Position numbers and translations under genes: made by a program
Assembly: GCA_965113315.1 (NCBI GenBank)
Contig: OZ220368.1
Reading direction: 5' to 3' (one strand)
From: Podarcis vaucheri
Lineage: Eukaryota
Length of the DNA stretch: 64,000 nt
Shown: positions 11,251-24,631 of the stretch, in pieces
Layout of the letters: each line of letters opens with the position of its first letter
Numbering within the stretch: the first letter of the stretch is position 1
Notes under the pieces: model-generated
The model's database searches: none
The model's input: the letters and a program-made list of their open reading frames with translations, nothing else
Told to the model about the DNA's origin: nothing

Positions 11251-12903
11251 CCTTTCTTTATAGGGGAGTCACCCAATCACCTTGATCATGATGGAATTAT
11301 ATGGTGCATTCATAATATTGTGATGTTTGCTGTTATAGGATATATATAGCTTTAAGACTGCCTAGATTTTTAAAATAGTTGGTGGTCACTGCTTGTACCC
11401 TTCTCTTTATATTGGCAAGTCTGTCTGCAGTTATCTCCCCCATGACCCTTACATCTTCTGCAGGAGAAGAGAAACACTGGTTTCAATCACCACTAAAATT
11501 ATTGAAGTCTCCTACAAATTTACACCCGATGACGATCTAGTTCACTGTGCTGCTGAGTGGATCGTCTTTCTCCCCTCCTCCTTTCTTACTTAACAGGAGG
11601 TGACATTGCCCTTTCATCCATCTCCTGTGAGAAATTACAGGCATTACGCTCCATGTGTGCTGTCTGTAGCTGTGCACATCAATTTCCACCTCCTCCCACC
11701 AATGGGTAAGAGGCACTCTGCAGCTGGCTTCTCTGATTTTGGACATGGCATTCAAAAATATTAACCCCAGCCTCTCATTAATTCCTATGGAGCATCATTT
11801 TTCCTAGAAACCCATTTGAGCTTAGATTTTTAAATATGTAATTAGTTCTCTTTTAAGCATTTCCTAGAAACACTGAGCATCTTTCCTTTTTGGGACTCCA
11901 AGCAGATTTTAAATTAACATGCAGATGTGCCCAAAGTAATTCTTCCTCAAGTTCAAAGTTCTGCTTCCATGTTGTGACCACAGAGAGTTCATATTTGCAT
12001 TTATCGGTTGACAGTTATGTGTTTCAGTAATCCAGTGATCTATAGCAGTGTATCTTGTTGTGGGTTTCCCTCTGCCCACATTTTGTCATTGTCATTATCA
12101 CCACCAAATTGCTGGTCTCATGGAAATGGAAAATTCTGAATATTGACTGTTATATAATTTGACTGTGATGGAAAAGGATATCATGCTATTATCATGCTGT
12201 CTCTCATCCTATCACAAAACTGTTATGTGAGACCCCCTCAGGGGTTAAGCCTTCCAATCATCCAAACCCCAAATCTGTGACACCCGAGACCTCACTTTTC
12301 AGGTTGTTGATGTTTGCTTAACTGTTTAAAAGAACATTTGCACATACACATCACAACCTTCTATTGTTCTATATTCTCCCGATGGAGACCAAATGTCAGT
12401 GGTATAAAATCACAGGTCTATATATTGAGAAAAATATACTGCCGATGAAGCAAGATATCCCAGGTCAAACAAAAACAATACAGAATATTTTTATATGGTT
12501 TCCCTTGTATGTCCAAACTATGGCACAACTCTATCCTACACAAGCCTGTCACTTTGATTGCCCAGTGTCAACGCCAACAACAACAACATAATTATAATGG
12601 TTCATTACAGAAGCTGTACATTGGATAGCATATTGTGAGTGTTAATTCTGGAAGACAACTTCTTCAGCATCTGTGATGCCAAAGAAGAAACTAAACAGAA
12701 GACACTTCAAAGAGGCATTCACTAGCACAGAGATTTAGTGCTACCACTATTAGTCTATACTTTCCACGCCCATACAGCTGGTCCATGTTGACTAGTAACC
12801 AGTCATTAGCACCATTTCCAAATGATTTGGAGGGTATCAGAAGTGTTGGTTCAGCAGTTCTGACATTTCCAAACAGTTCTGTTTGGGACCCCCTAAGTGA
12901 ACT

Positions 12904-13256
12904 GACGTGGGTGGCGCTGTGGTCTAAACTACTGAGCCTCTTCGGCTTGCTGATCGGAAGGTCTGCAGTTTGAATCCCCGCGACAGGATGAGCTCCTGTT
13001 GTTCTGTCCCTGCTCCTGCCAACCTAGCAGTTCGAAAGCACAAAGTGCAAGTAGATAAATAGATACCGCTTTGGTGGGAAGGTAAACAGCGTTTCCGTGC
13101 ACTGCTCTGGTTCGCCAGAAGCGGCTTAGTCATGCTGGCCACATGACCCGGAAGCTGTATGCCGGCTCCCTCGGCCAGTAAAGCAAGATGAGCGCCGCAA
13201 CCCCAGAGTCGGCCACGACTGGATGTAATGGTCAGATGTCCCTTTACCTTTACATT
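12904..13256 (+). mobile_element. Sauria SINE
   Basis: GTGGCGCTGTGGTCTAAAC head and CCTTTACCTTTAC tail. 12-bp TSD TAAGTGAACTGA at 12894-12905 and 13257-13268. Confidence 0.9.
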
Positions 13257-13281
13257 TAAGTGAACTGAAGGCACTTTCCTG

Positions 13282-13461
13282 CAGTGGCGTAGCATGGGGG
13301 GTGCAGGGGGGGCCGGCCGCATCGGGCGCAACATCTGGGGTTAGGGCAAATCCACGGGTTAGGGGGCGCAAATCCATGGGTTAGGGGGCGCAAATCCACG
13401 GGTTAGGGGGCGCAAATTACTTGCCTTGCCCCGGGTGCTGACAACCCACGCTACGCCACTG
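13282..13461. mobile_element. hAT MITE with three internal 22-bp repeats
   Basis: TIR CAGTGGCGTAGC / GCTACGCCACTG. Perfect 8-bp TSD CTTTCCTG at 13274-13281 and 13462-13469. Confidence 0.9.
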
Positions 13462-14956
13462 CTTTCCTGCATTGATACTATGATCATGAAGTAAATGCTA
13501 CGCACTCCAGTTGATAGTACTTATACCCATGGCACAAAATTTGAAGTACTTCCGGAGATCTTAACGAGAAACTAAATGCATTCTCTGTCCTAACTATGGC
13601 ATTGATTGCTGCAGCAATATTTGTCTTCATGGTTTGTCTCTTGAATTCCCTCTCTCTCAAAAAAAGGGAAAAATAGATTGTCAATGGTGTTGAAGGGCTC
13701 TTTGGGATGTAGCATGCATGATGGATATTGTATGAAATAAAATTGCACTGGGGTATGTACATGGAGCAGAAACTGTCACTGACTCTGATCCTAGCAATGC
13801 TGGTGTAGATCTGCAGTAACTCCACTGAGTTGCATGTACCGCCTCCCCAGCTAGTATTCTCGAGCTACTCCTGATGCTATTCTTGCATCATTACCACCTT
13901 GCTAAACTGTTGATATTATTCACTCACAATTCAATTCTGCTGCCAGTTGTCGTTTCTTAAAGCCTCAAGTCATGAGGCTCATAATCAACTTGAGAGAGTT
14001 TCAGCTTTGACTTATACCGTTTATATAAGTAAGATTCTCGCCCTGATTCTTGTGGAGAAACACTTCAAAAATGTGATTGCTATCTAAGCCTGAGGGCCAA
14101 CAAGGCAAAAACACATTAGAAATAGCCTAACTTTCTTAATCTTTAACTCGCTCAATTTGTAAGCCAGTCTAAACAATGACCTGAGAATCCTTTTATTAAA
14201 AGGACCTACCAACAAAGTTTTATTATAGGGATGTAGAGATTATCTTTTGATAACTTTCTCCCTTACAAGATATATAGCCTGATTGTGCAGTCCTTGTGGA
14301 GGTAAAATTACTAGAGTACTAAGGATATTTATTAGAAAGTGAGTTTTCACTGAAATAATTGGGGCTTTGTTGTTACTTGAACTTTTTGAGCCCGAGACTC
14401 TGTTCTAAATCCATTCATTCATTCGCAGCTGTTGATGATCCCAATTTTCTAATGCTGATGCATTACTCAGGGCAGCTTACAACATAGAAAATTAAAATAA
14501 TAATATATTTTTACTATATCAGATAAAATACATTGCAATGAAAGTGGTATGACAGATCAAAGCCATCCCTCCTGATAAAGACAGCTATCTGCCCAGCAAA
14601 ACAGAACTCTAGCAGTGAAAAACACAAAGTGTTTCACATTACCTGTAAGAGGAGCCAGGCTTCATGTTCCATAATTTGGGTGCTGCCTTATAGAAGGCCC
14701 TGTCTCTAGTCACAGAGACCATTGGGCCAGAATGATCTCTTGATCTCTTATATTCCTGCCCAATTACTGGGGTCTTTTAGAAAGTCACTGTTAGTGGTTC
14801 TTCGTGGTTCAGATGCACAGCTTGTATCCACCAGGAGCCATGCATTTAGTATGGTGGGCCCAATTTTATGGAACTCCGTTCCAGTGGAGATCACACAAGA
14901 CCCCTCCCGACCGAACATTGCTTCTAAGAGCCAGAAAAGCAGGGAGAACAAGACAG

Positions 14957-15029
<73 letters not shown>

Positions 15030-15202
15030 CACCTCCTCAATCATTCTATGCTTGGGGTTTTCGTTTAATTGTTTCCTCTCTTTGGAGGCAGAGTAGGAAT
15101 CTACTGCTAGTGATTTTTATGACTGGCTAAGCAGATGGACAGAAACCCCTCAGTCACTGGAAATGCACTGATTTTATTGTGGGTGATAGGCAAAGACTAG
15201 AC

Positions 15203-15523
15203 CATGGGTAGGCAAACTAAGGCCCAGGGGCTGGATCCAGCCCAATCGCCTTCTAAATCCAGCCCGTGGATGGCCTTGGAATCAGTGTGTTTTTACATGA
15301 ATAGAATGTGTCCTTTTATTTAAAATGTATCTCTGTGCTATTTGTGGGACCTGCCTGGTGTTTTTACATGAGTAGAATGTGTGCTTTTATTTGAAATGCA
15401 TCTCTGGGTTATTTGTGGGGCATAGGAATTTGTTCATTATTTTTTTCAAAATATAGTCTGGCCCCCCACAAGGTCTGAGGGACAGTGGACTGGCCCCCTG
15501 CTGAAAAAAACTGCTGACCCCTG
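15203..15523. mobile_element. hAT-Charlie-like non-autonomous element
   Basis: Ends CATGGGTAGGCAAAC / CTGCTGACCCCTG. 8-bp TSD GACTAGAC / GGCTAGAC with a CTAGA core. Confidence 0.75.
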
Positions 15524-15917
15524 GGCTAGACCATGGCTTGGGAAGTTTTGGGGGGTTCAGAATCTTGGCAGGGTTATGTCTCAATCTGCCCATAAGTAGA
15601 GCCTCCCCTGCAATAAATTGCCACCTGGGGCAACTGCATTAATCTGTCTAATAGTAGGGCCAGCCCTGCCGGAAGCATAGGAACTGAGCTTCTCCCTCCA
15701 TATTTGCTGTATACAGAGGTTCTGCTCTGCCAAGCTTGGCTTTACGTAAGGAAGAGAGAGCAAGCTTCCAAGAGGGAGGAATCACCATGTACAACTGTCC
15801 CAATAGCTAAAGCTGCCACCGACTCCCAGAATCATGCCCTCTCACTTGTAAGCATCTCATGCCCTTCTAGGGGATCCATCCTACAGTTTGAGAGCCCAGG
15901 ACTCACCTGCAAAGAGG

Positions 15918-16106
15918 AACACAGGAAACTGCCTTATACTGGACCATTGGCCCATCTAGTTCAGTATTGTCTGCGCTGACTGGCAGCCGCTCGCCAGAAT
16001 TTTAGACAGGGTTCTTGCCAGGGCCAACCCAGAGGTGCCAGGGATTGAACTTGAGACCTCCTGCATGCAAAGCAGATGCTCAGTGACTGAGCCACGGCCC
16101 TTCCCC
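15918..16106 (-). mobile_element. tRNA-derived SINE (Squam2-like)
   Basis: Minus-strand head GGGGAAGGGCCGTGGCTCAG, B-box-like GTTCAATCCC, tail TAAGGCAGTTTCCTGTGTTCC. Confidence 0.65.
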
Positions 16107-16639
16107 ATTGCAAATGTATTTCAATTTGTGGTTGGGACCGGTGGTAAAATTATGCCACACTAGGAGCAGCATGCAACAAGATACTGAAGTACTAGGAGGT
16201 GAAGGAAGAGAGAAGCTTTTACCAGAAATGGGGAGGGGGAAAAATCTATTATCATTATTCAGTGTCATTCGTTCCTCTTTCAGTTGCTTTCCAAATCTAC
16301 TGCTCCATTTTCAACTTCTTCTTTTTTAAGCATAATTGATTTCCATAGACCTCCCTGGAAGCACAATCCTCAGCCCTCCTGCTGCTTTGTATCAGCAGCA
16401 AAGTAATGGGCACCATTTTTCACATGGCAGAGGTAGTGTTTTGCTGGTGCCGGTGCATAATCAGAGAGGGAGAAAGAGGGAGACTTGGGGTATGATAAGT
16501 TATCACCTTTAAACATAAACAGGTCCTGTTAATTTAACTTCCATTTAAAAGGGGAAATGGCACAGGAGGAAATTCAGCACTTGCCAAACAGAAAAGGACA
16601 AATGCAATCAAGCTGGTGATGGGGGATTTATCTGTGGAG

Positions 16640-16676
<37 letters not shown>

Positions 16677-17459
16677 ACTCGCTACAAATAAACCAGGAGG
16701 CAATGAAAAAAATGAAATGCCAAAAAGATGCCTAGATAGCATCACAGAAATCCATTTTGTCTCATTTAAATAGCAGCTTAATGAAAAAGAAGGTGCAGCA
16801 GAAGATCTCAGCTCTGGAATATGACACTCTCCGGTAATCTAGACACAGTTTGCAACAACAGGCATTGGGAGCAGCTCAGGCTTAGGATGGTGTCAGAGGG
16901 AGAGTCCATTAAAACTGGCAGCATCACTGTGGAGCTGACTCAGGAACTGGCTTGCAATTCCTTGGAAGGGGCCAGGGACACAGCAGCTATTTCTCTACCA
17001 AGGAAGCTAGCTAAATGTCAGCTTCACTGCCTGGCTTGCTGCTGCAGACATTATAATGTTCACAAATGTCTCCTTGGATCCGTGTGTAAGAATCTTGATA
17101 AAATGAAGGTTGGGGCTCTCAGACCTCTCTGTCTGGCCTTCAGGACTTTCCCAGGCTAAGCTCCCATGTTTCCCTGCCCCTCGCCCTCCTCAAGTCCTTG
17201 CACCTGGCTAGAATGTGTCATTGAACTGCAATGATGCCTCTCGCTCATCTAGATGGAGGTGTGTGTGCATGTGTGTGTATAGAAACTTCTGGCGGTTGCA
17301 TGGCTTGAATGCAACCTATTGAACAACAGGGCTCCACCCACTTTTTGTCCCTGGCCCCCACCCATCATTGAAAAGAACATAGAGGGAATGTGGCCCTCTG
17401 ACTGAAAAAAAAAGGTTTCCCACTTCTGCTATTAAGGATGAGGACTTTGCCTGCACTGC

Positions 17460-17626
17460 CAAAAGGCATTATACCTCTGAATAGCAGTTTCTGAGAATCA
17501 CACATGGGTGGAATGCTGTTTCTAGCTTGCAGGCTTCTCACAGGCAACTGAATGGCCACTGTGAAAACAGGATGCTGGACTATATGGGCCATTGGTCTGA
17601 TCCAGCAGGTCCTTTTATGTTCTTAT
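17460..17626 (+). mobile_element. CR1 3' UTR fragment; similar fragments at ~20685-20800 (-) and ~23045-23222 (+)
   Basis: GGCCACTGTGAAAACAGGATGCTGGACT...GATCCAGCAGG...TTATGTTCTTATG. Confidence 0.65.
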
Positions 17627-18212
17627 GGTAGGAGGATGTTTAGGTCACCACAATGGGCGAATGATGGGGGAGCTGAACCCTTCTCCTACTCACATTGCTA
17701 CCTTCCCAAATCACTTCTCCCTAGCCATTTTTCTCTTAGTGGCAATCTGCCGCCAGACTGGGGAGATGGCAGATGTTCATTATCGCTATGTTCATGAAGA
17801 TGAATTTAGGTGACCATGCATAAAAGTAGCACTGGGCCAGCCCCAGCATTAGGCAGAGTGAGATGGCTGCTTCAGGTGGTAGATGGTGGAGGACAGGGAG
17901 CAGTTCTAAGGTCTTGGAGGAATGGGTTGTTTGTGCCCTGCAATCTGCCCTGCCTTCCCATATCTAGCCTGCTGACATAGGGTGCAGTGAAGGGCGCTGT
18001 CCTCTTGCCAGTGCTGAACTTAGATTTGGCTGCTGGTCTCTTCAGCTTCTGTATGTGAAATTGGGAGCACCATTTTGCCCTTTGCCTCATGTAATGAAGC
18101 AACTTGGCCAGCCCTGATTTAACACAAAGGTTTGCTTAAGCAAGGCTGCTAGGCAAGCAAATGTTCATTATGAATACAGTGTTTGCAGCAACTTTGAAAT
18201 GTATTTGCTTTG

Positions 18213-18499
18213 TCGAATCCCCACGACAGGGTGAGCTCCCATTGCTCAGTCCCTGCTCCTGCCAACTTAGCAGTTCGAAAGCATGTCAAAGTGCACGTAG
18301 ATAAATAGGCTCTGGCGGAAAGGTAAATGGCGTTTCCGTGCGCTGCTCTGGTTCGCCAGAAGCAGCTTGGTCATGCTGGCCACATGACCTGGAAGCTGTA
18401 CGCCGGCTCCCTCGGCCAATAAAGCAAGATGAGCGCCACAACCCCAGAGTCGGTCACGACTGGACCTAATGGTCAGGGGTCCCTTTACCTTTACCTTTT
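18213..18499 (+). mobile_element. 5'-truncated Sauria SINE
   Basis: Body matches 12904-13256 and ends GGGGTCCCTTTACCTTTACCTTT. Confidence 0.85.
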
Positions 18500-21400
18500 A
18501 TGACCCCAATAATTTTAATGGAATTTCCAAATGTAATTAATAAATGTGTTTTGGATTGCAGCTGTTGGGGTTAGAAAACAGCACACACAGTTATACTATT
18601 GCAGTCATTATTATGTCAACCCCCACATTTTATGTGAATTCTCAGCAGGCATCCCCTACTAACACATGCAGAACACATGCCTCCTTACTACTGAAACTTT
18701 TTGAGAAGAGGTCATGGACAGAAAGTCTTCAGATTTACCTTCTGAAGCAGAAAAGGAGAGTAAAAAAGGCCATTTGAACATTATACTTTTTCCACAGTAG
18801 ATTCAGGCCCAGTTTTAAAATGTACCTTCAGAGCTTCTCAGAATTGGTCATTCAATATTTGTTAATTTAATAATTTGATTTCCATTAGTTCAATATTCAA
18901 AATGGGATGTTTGCTAATAAAGTAATTCTCCAGCCTACAAATCTGGATAGTCTCCCTAGAATTCTCAAGAATACTGGAACATTTACGAGAGCAATTGCCT
19001 TTTATGCTCTAATTTGCTAAGTCAGTAGTGGCACAGTAGAGCATCTGTCCCAGGTGCCTTCACTCCTGCTACTAACCCTTTCTCCATTCTCTCTCCACAA
19101 CAGTTACAGAAGCTTTTGCCCAGGGAGATTGTGGTTAAAAAAGCCAAGTAATTACAGGACATGACTTACCCTGGTTGACACAACAGGGGGAAATGGTCAG
19201 TTGAAGTTTGAAAGAAAGCTCCTTCCTTTTTATGCTGAGCTTTCATTTATATTTCTCCGTAAGTATTACAGATGGAAATAGACAATTGGATAATACAGAC
19301 TTAACATAAAAAGTCAATGCCACCTTCTCTTAGATGTGAAGGATTCTATCTCTTTGAAGTGATTTAATTAGATCCTACTTCATGAAGCAGTTGGCAGTGG
19401 TTGGCCAATGAGTATTTAGCTTTAACAAATAATTTTAAACACATCTATTTTTAGTTACAAAGCTGCATTTTGCATTCAATTTTACTTATTCATAAGTAGT
19501 AGGAACAAATGGGGACAATGAACCACCACCTGGGAATGTATTTCCATCTTAATATTCTCCTGTATGTTGGTCAGCACAAAGGGATGTGGAATAAAAGATG
19601 AAAATCTAGGCTTTTCAAAAGTATATGACTGTTTCCTGGTTTTCAGAGCAAAACAATGGAAGACCTGGGGATATTAGATGGCAAATCAGGAATAGTTCTC
19701 TGGCTTTAAAAATAATTTATCAGCAATTAAGAGTATTAAAATCAAGCAAGTACCACTGAATTTCACAGAAGCACAGGCGATCCTCTGGAGAATAGAACAA
19801 TTTCTTGTCTTGTCTTTGAACTTTTAGGACTGATTCAACTCAGATTTTATGAAAATGAAAGGGGAAGAACAAAGCCAGCCTGATATAACTAGGCGTCCTT
19901 GATAAAGTGTAATCTTGGAGGGGAAAATTATACCCAGTGATATTCTCTACTAAATATGACTTTATAATGGAGCAGAAAAAGGTTATTAATTCTAATAGGA
20001 ATCACTAGAGTCTCTATGGGGTCAGTTGATATTCCAAGCATTTTAGACTCAGAAGGTGCTGGAGGGGAAAGCTGGCATTAATACCAAGTAGAACTCCTGA
20101 ATAATTCATTACAAGTAAATTATATGGGGTCTCTCATGCTTCTGGTACCATTATCCCTGTCTAGAAGTCAGCACATCGTTGGTAGGAAAGATGGTCCAGT
20201 AGTGAGCGAGGATTGCCCTCTGGATAGGCATGATAGTAAATTTTAAAATCTTTCGGGGAAAGAGCATTTCTTTAAATTCACAGATTCCTTCTACTAAAAC
20301 TAAATGAGAGGTTTTACGAGCATAAAACTCAAAACAGAACTCCAGAGCCAAATTGTATTCATTTTGCTATTTAGAAGATCTCTTTAAAAAATATTTAACC
20401 GTAATGAATTTCCGCTCATTCAGCCATAAGCTAAGACTGGCTGCAGCTTCTGAGCATGTATATGCATGGCAAAATGGAGATGTATATTCTTCACTCAAGA
20501 TGGCATACATGTGCCGGAAAACATTTTATTATATTGAAGCAATATCTTCAGCTTTGCATATAAATGGTTGCATGTGAATCAAGACTGTAAAACCAAATGG
20601 AATGAAATGGAAGGAACAACAAAAAAAGTTATTCTAGCTTTTGTCAGAAGGAAGGATCTGTACAGTTCTGTTCTGTGCTCTTATAAGATTGTATGGAGAG
20701 CCCTGCTGGATTAAACCACAGGACCATCTAACCAAGCATCCTGCTTCCAACTGCAGCCAATCAGATGCCTACAAGAAACCTGCAACCAGGACATGGGGAA
20801 ATAGCCCTTTTCATCATCACCATTTTTTATTCTGAACCACCTCAGCATCAGCAGCGCATCTCACCAGAAATGCAATACCTACCAACATGTTACTTCCCCG
20901 CCTTATTCAGAAAGGTCAACTTCTGTGACTAGAACACACCATATATAAATATAAGTGCATGTGCAAATGTAGTTGACAAGCTTGTCTTCTTGGCATTCAT
21001 GGTCAAAACCACCACCCCCCTAATCCACATCCTGCACACAACATGCTCCTTCTGTTCCTTTGCAGATCCTGCCCTCTGCCTGCGTCACCCAGTGTGAGAC
21101 TTGCTCATTGTATTTTGTGCATGACCTTGAGCAGTTTCCTTCTGCCTCTCCCAGCTATCATGACCCGTTCATTGCAATCCTGCTTCTTAACAGAAGGAGC
21201 AATCTCATCATATATGCACAAGCAGCGTATCTCAAGCCAAAGGATTCCGCCACTCTACTCCCCCAAAATAGCAAGTGTTCCACCTTGCATGAACAGAAGT
21301 CACAGGACGTTGCTCCCTCTCACCCACTGCCTTTCCCCTCTGACAAAGCAAAGGGGCTTGAACAGACCCCCATTTAGCTTCAGTGCCTGAGATGTGCCGA

Positions 21401-23286
21401 GATGCAATCGGAGCAATTTTCTTGACCATTTATTGCCTTACTAAAAACCACTCATTGGAACAGCCTTTTACACAACCTGCAATAAATATATTTATCGCAA
21501 AATACTCTACCCCATCAACAACCTCCAGACCTGCACGTATATTTCACTGCCTATAAACTGATTGATGCCCTGGAACTGCTTCAGGCTCTTAAACAGCTCT
21601 CCTTCACCTACTTCTCATTTTCCATGGCTTATGGGGAGGAAATACAAGAGGCTTGGGAGGCACAAGCTAAGTTCCAATTGGCCTTCAGCACAGGAAAGGG
21701 GAGGTGGGCAAGTGAGGTGGGGATGTCGCCAGCAGGACTGGTGCAACTATTGAAGGTCACAGCAGAGTTTCTTGTAGAATGTATGGTTGCTCTTTCAAGC
21801 AGTGATTGAGTTATGCTGATAAGGCTTTCAAGTCATGTAAATATAAAAATAACAGGGAATTAAATGACATAGGTTAAATGTTGCTGTGTGACTGACTGCT
21901 ACCTGAACAGCAGGGTAGGGCTGGATTGCATTATAGGAGCTGTGTGCACAACAATTGACTTCAAGCTAGCCGTTTGCTGGAATGGAGGAGAAATTCATTT
22001 GGTCCACATTTTGAAGTGAACTGAAGCTAATTTATTGGTCCCAGACTTATGTGTGGATTGGAACGCAGCTATTAACTAGATTATGCACTCCTCTAAATGC
22101 AGCTTTGGTTCAAAAAAATATGCTTACAGTAATGTGTATTTTATGGGAGAAATGTGTATTTTAGAGGGAAATACATTGGAAAGCATACCAAAATGCATAT
22201 TTGGGGGAAAGAATGCCTGCAAAGCATATCTACCATGTGTTCAAGAAGCAAACAGTTTAAATGATAACTGCCATATATTTTTCTTTTAAAAATATGCAAA
22301 GCCAGCAGGAATTGACCTAAGACTGAGTGCCTGTGAACCTGACATGGAATGCAAAGAGGCTGGTTTGTGCATCCCCACTTCAGGTCCAAACTACTTTGAC
22401 TGATGGTTCACTAAAGGGTATGGCTGATCCATTCATAGGAAATTTGGTGTTTTGTTGAGCCTCCTTAAATGCCATTTGGCAGAAAGGAAGCATACAAATC
22501 TTGCATTGAAATATTGATGAAGCAATCTGCTAGGGCGAAATGACCTTAGTTCAGAGTGGAAGGATTCTAGAACACACCAAAGCATCCAATTGCCAGACAA
22601 CTCCTTTCCCTCCCCAACAGCAGATACTGCCTATGATTCTGTTCACCAGTTGCTGTACTGGGTCCTGGGGAACACCTTTGTCACCTAATGTCTCTTTTTC
22701 AGACCATAGCAATTTTGGAGCAGTGAGATACTGTATTATGTAAGGACCATGTCACTTGCCTCTTGGCCCCAATGATTATTTTACCTGCTCTTGTCTTCTG
22801 GCCTGCTATAGATAGCCTGATCCCATTTTTACCTACAACAGGGAAGAGAGACAGAAAAGGATGCACAGAACAACTGCTGGAGCACACACTCCTTTCCTGA
22901 TAGTAGATTGAAGACACATGGTGCAGCCACCTCCCTGAAACTTATGAGGTCTGTGTCTGGCCATTGCTTGCATGGAAGACCATGTGGGGATACCATGTAT
23001 ACTGCCCTGAGTTCTGTGATGGAAGAAAGGTGAGGAATAAATGTAATGAGATGATTCATGAACATACCAGTTGTTGGGTATCACAAGTGGGGAGAGTGCT
23101 GTTGTACTCATACCCTGCTTGTGGGCTTTCAATAGGCTTCTGGTTAGCCACTGTGAGAATAAGATATTTGACTGGATCAGATTTTTTTATCTGATCTAGC
23201 AGGCCTCTTTTGCGTTCTTAATGATTCATAGCACAGTGAACTCCAGTGCCTAAGGAAATAAACAGACATTTGTCTCCCTAATAGTT

Positions 23287-23433
23287 CATAGATCATAGAA
23301 TCATAGTTGGGAGGTGCCATTCAGGTCATCTAGTCCAACCCCCTGCAACGCAGGATTTTTTTTGCCCAAGGTGGGGCTCAAACCCACAATCCTGATATTA
23401 AGAGTCTCATGCTCTACTGACTGAGCTATCCCA
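23287..23433 (-). mobile_element. tRNA-Lys(CTT)-derived SINE with a CR1-type (ATTCTATG)n tail; not a functional tRNA
   Basis: The minus strand reads GGGATAGCTCAGTCAGTAGAGCATGAGACTCTTAATATCAGGATTGTGGGTTTGAGCCCCACCTTGGGC, a decayed vertebrate tRNA-Lys-CTT, followed by a CR1-like 3' end. Confidence 0.75.
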
Positions 23434-24214
23434 GAGCTGCAACAGAACTCATTTAAAAGAATATCACCCAGAAAGATAGCACATCCCATCTCACCAGATA
23501 CTGCTCCTGTACGACAAAATGAGGTTTACACAGGAGTAGGACTGGGTGGTTTGAGTCACTTCCTTAAACTGTAGCACCAGCCTTGATTTCAAAAAGCATG
23601 GTGCAATTTTGTTTTTGTTTTTGTCTCCAGGTTTTTGATGCAAAAACTTGGTGTTGTGATAGAAGAAGAAATCTTTTGGGTGTTTTTCTTTTCAGGTGGT
23701 GGGGGACTGGTAATTTCCAGAAAAAAAGAGAAAGGGAATGTATTTCCCAGGAAACAATAATTTCATTTGCAGGAGGCCACACAACAGAATAGGAGAAAGT
23801 GGCTGGCACATCTTGCTCATAGAAAGAGTCAGAAGAAGATATCATCAATCAGCACGCCAGTGGCTCACACCTCATTGCAAAGAGAGTCCAAGCGAGACAC
23901 AGATCTCCATTGTGCTCCCAGGCGCAAGGACTAGATTGCAAAAGCAATTGGCTGCAGCAAGCGCCTACATGTAGGGAATTAATTAGTAAGCCCCAGTAGG
24001 AAGGCCGCAGGTATCTATAGGCCAAATCCTCATGTGATCTAAACCAGCAATACCAAGAAGATTGGCTGGAGACAAACGGATTTACACCAGCTGAGGATCT
24101 GGTATATAGACACACAGTAAAGAGCAATTGAACGACAGGATTTTCTGAGCATCACAGAAGTATCAGTTGTTTTTAAGTATCCATTCATATAGCTCAAAAG
24201 CCAGTCCAGGATGT

Positions 24215-24631
24215 ATGATGGGATTAGGGAAGAAATTCAATCCAGTATGTAATTAAAGATGAATTTCCGAATGCACACTTTCTGAAACAATATGCAAACT
24301 GAAACATAGTCATCCTTTGAAATCTGCACTCCTTCAAATTTTGCAATGCAGTTTTCTGGCCAAGTGATGTATACAAAAAACACATATACTAGATAAAATG
24401 TGCCTAAAACTCATACACGACATACAAAATACACTATATTAGGGAAATATACTTTGAAATAATGTGTATTGAAATAATGCCAAATTTGTATATTTTACAA
24501 GAAATTCACACTAAAATGCTAATGAATTTTCATGAGGGCCTTATTTTTGTGGGAATTCCACAAAAATGACATGGCAATGTAAAGAACTGAAATGTTAAAA
24601 ATTGAGAAATTGTCAGATTTGTCCATCCCTA
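24215..24631. mobile_element. Old dispersed non-autonomous DNA-transposon-like repeat; related copies at ~21980-22380 and ~52605-52945
   Basis: Shared AGAAATTCAAT...CACACTTTCTGAAACAA...AATTTTGCAATGCAG motifs, ending CATCCCTA. Confidence 0.5.

Noticed and set aside
20840-21490. Possible decayed LINE coding sequence
   Set aside because: No diagnostic motif could be confirmed by eye
23364-23433. tRNA-Lys(CTT) gene
   Set aside because: Stems and B box are mutated and it is fused to a CR1-type tail, so it is a SINE
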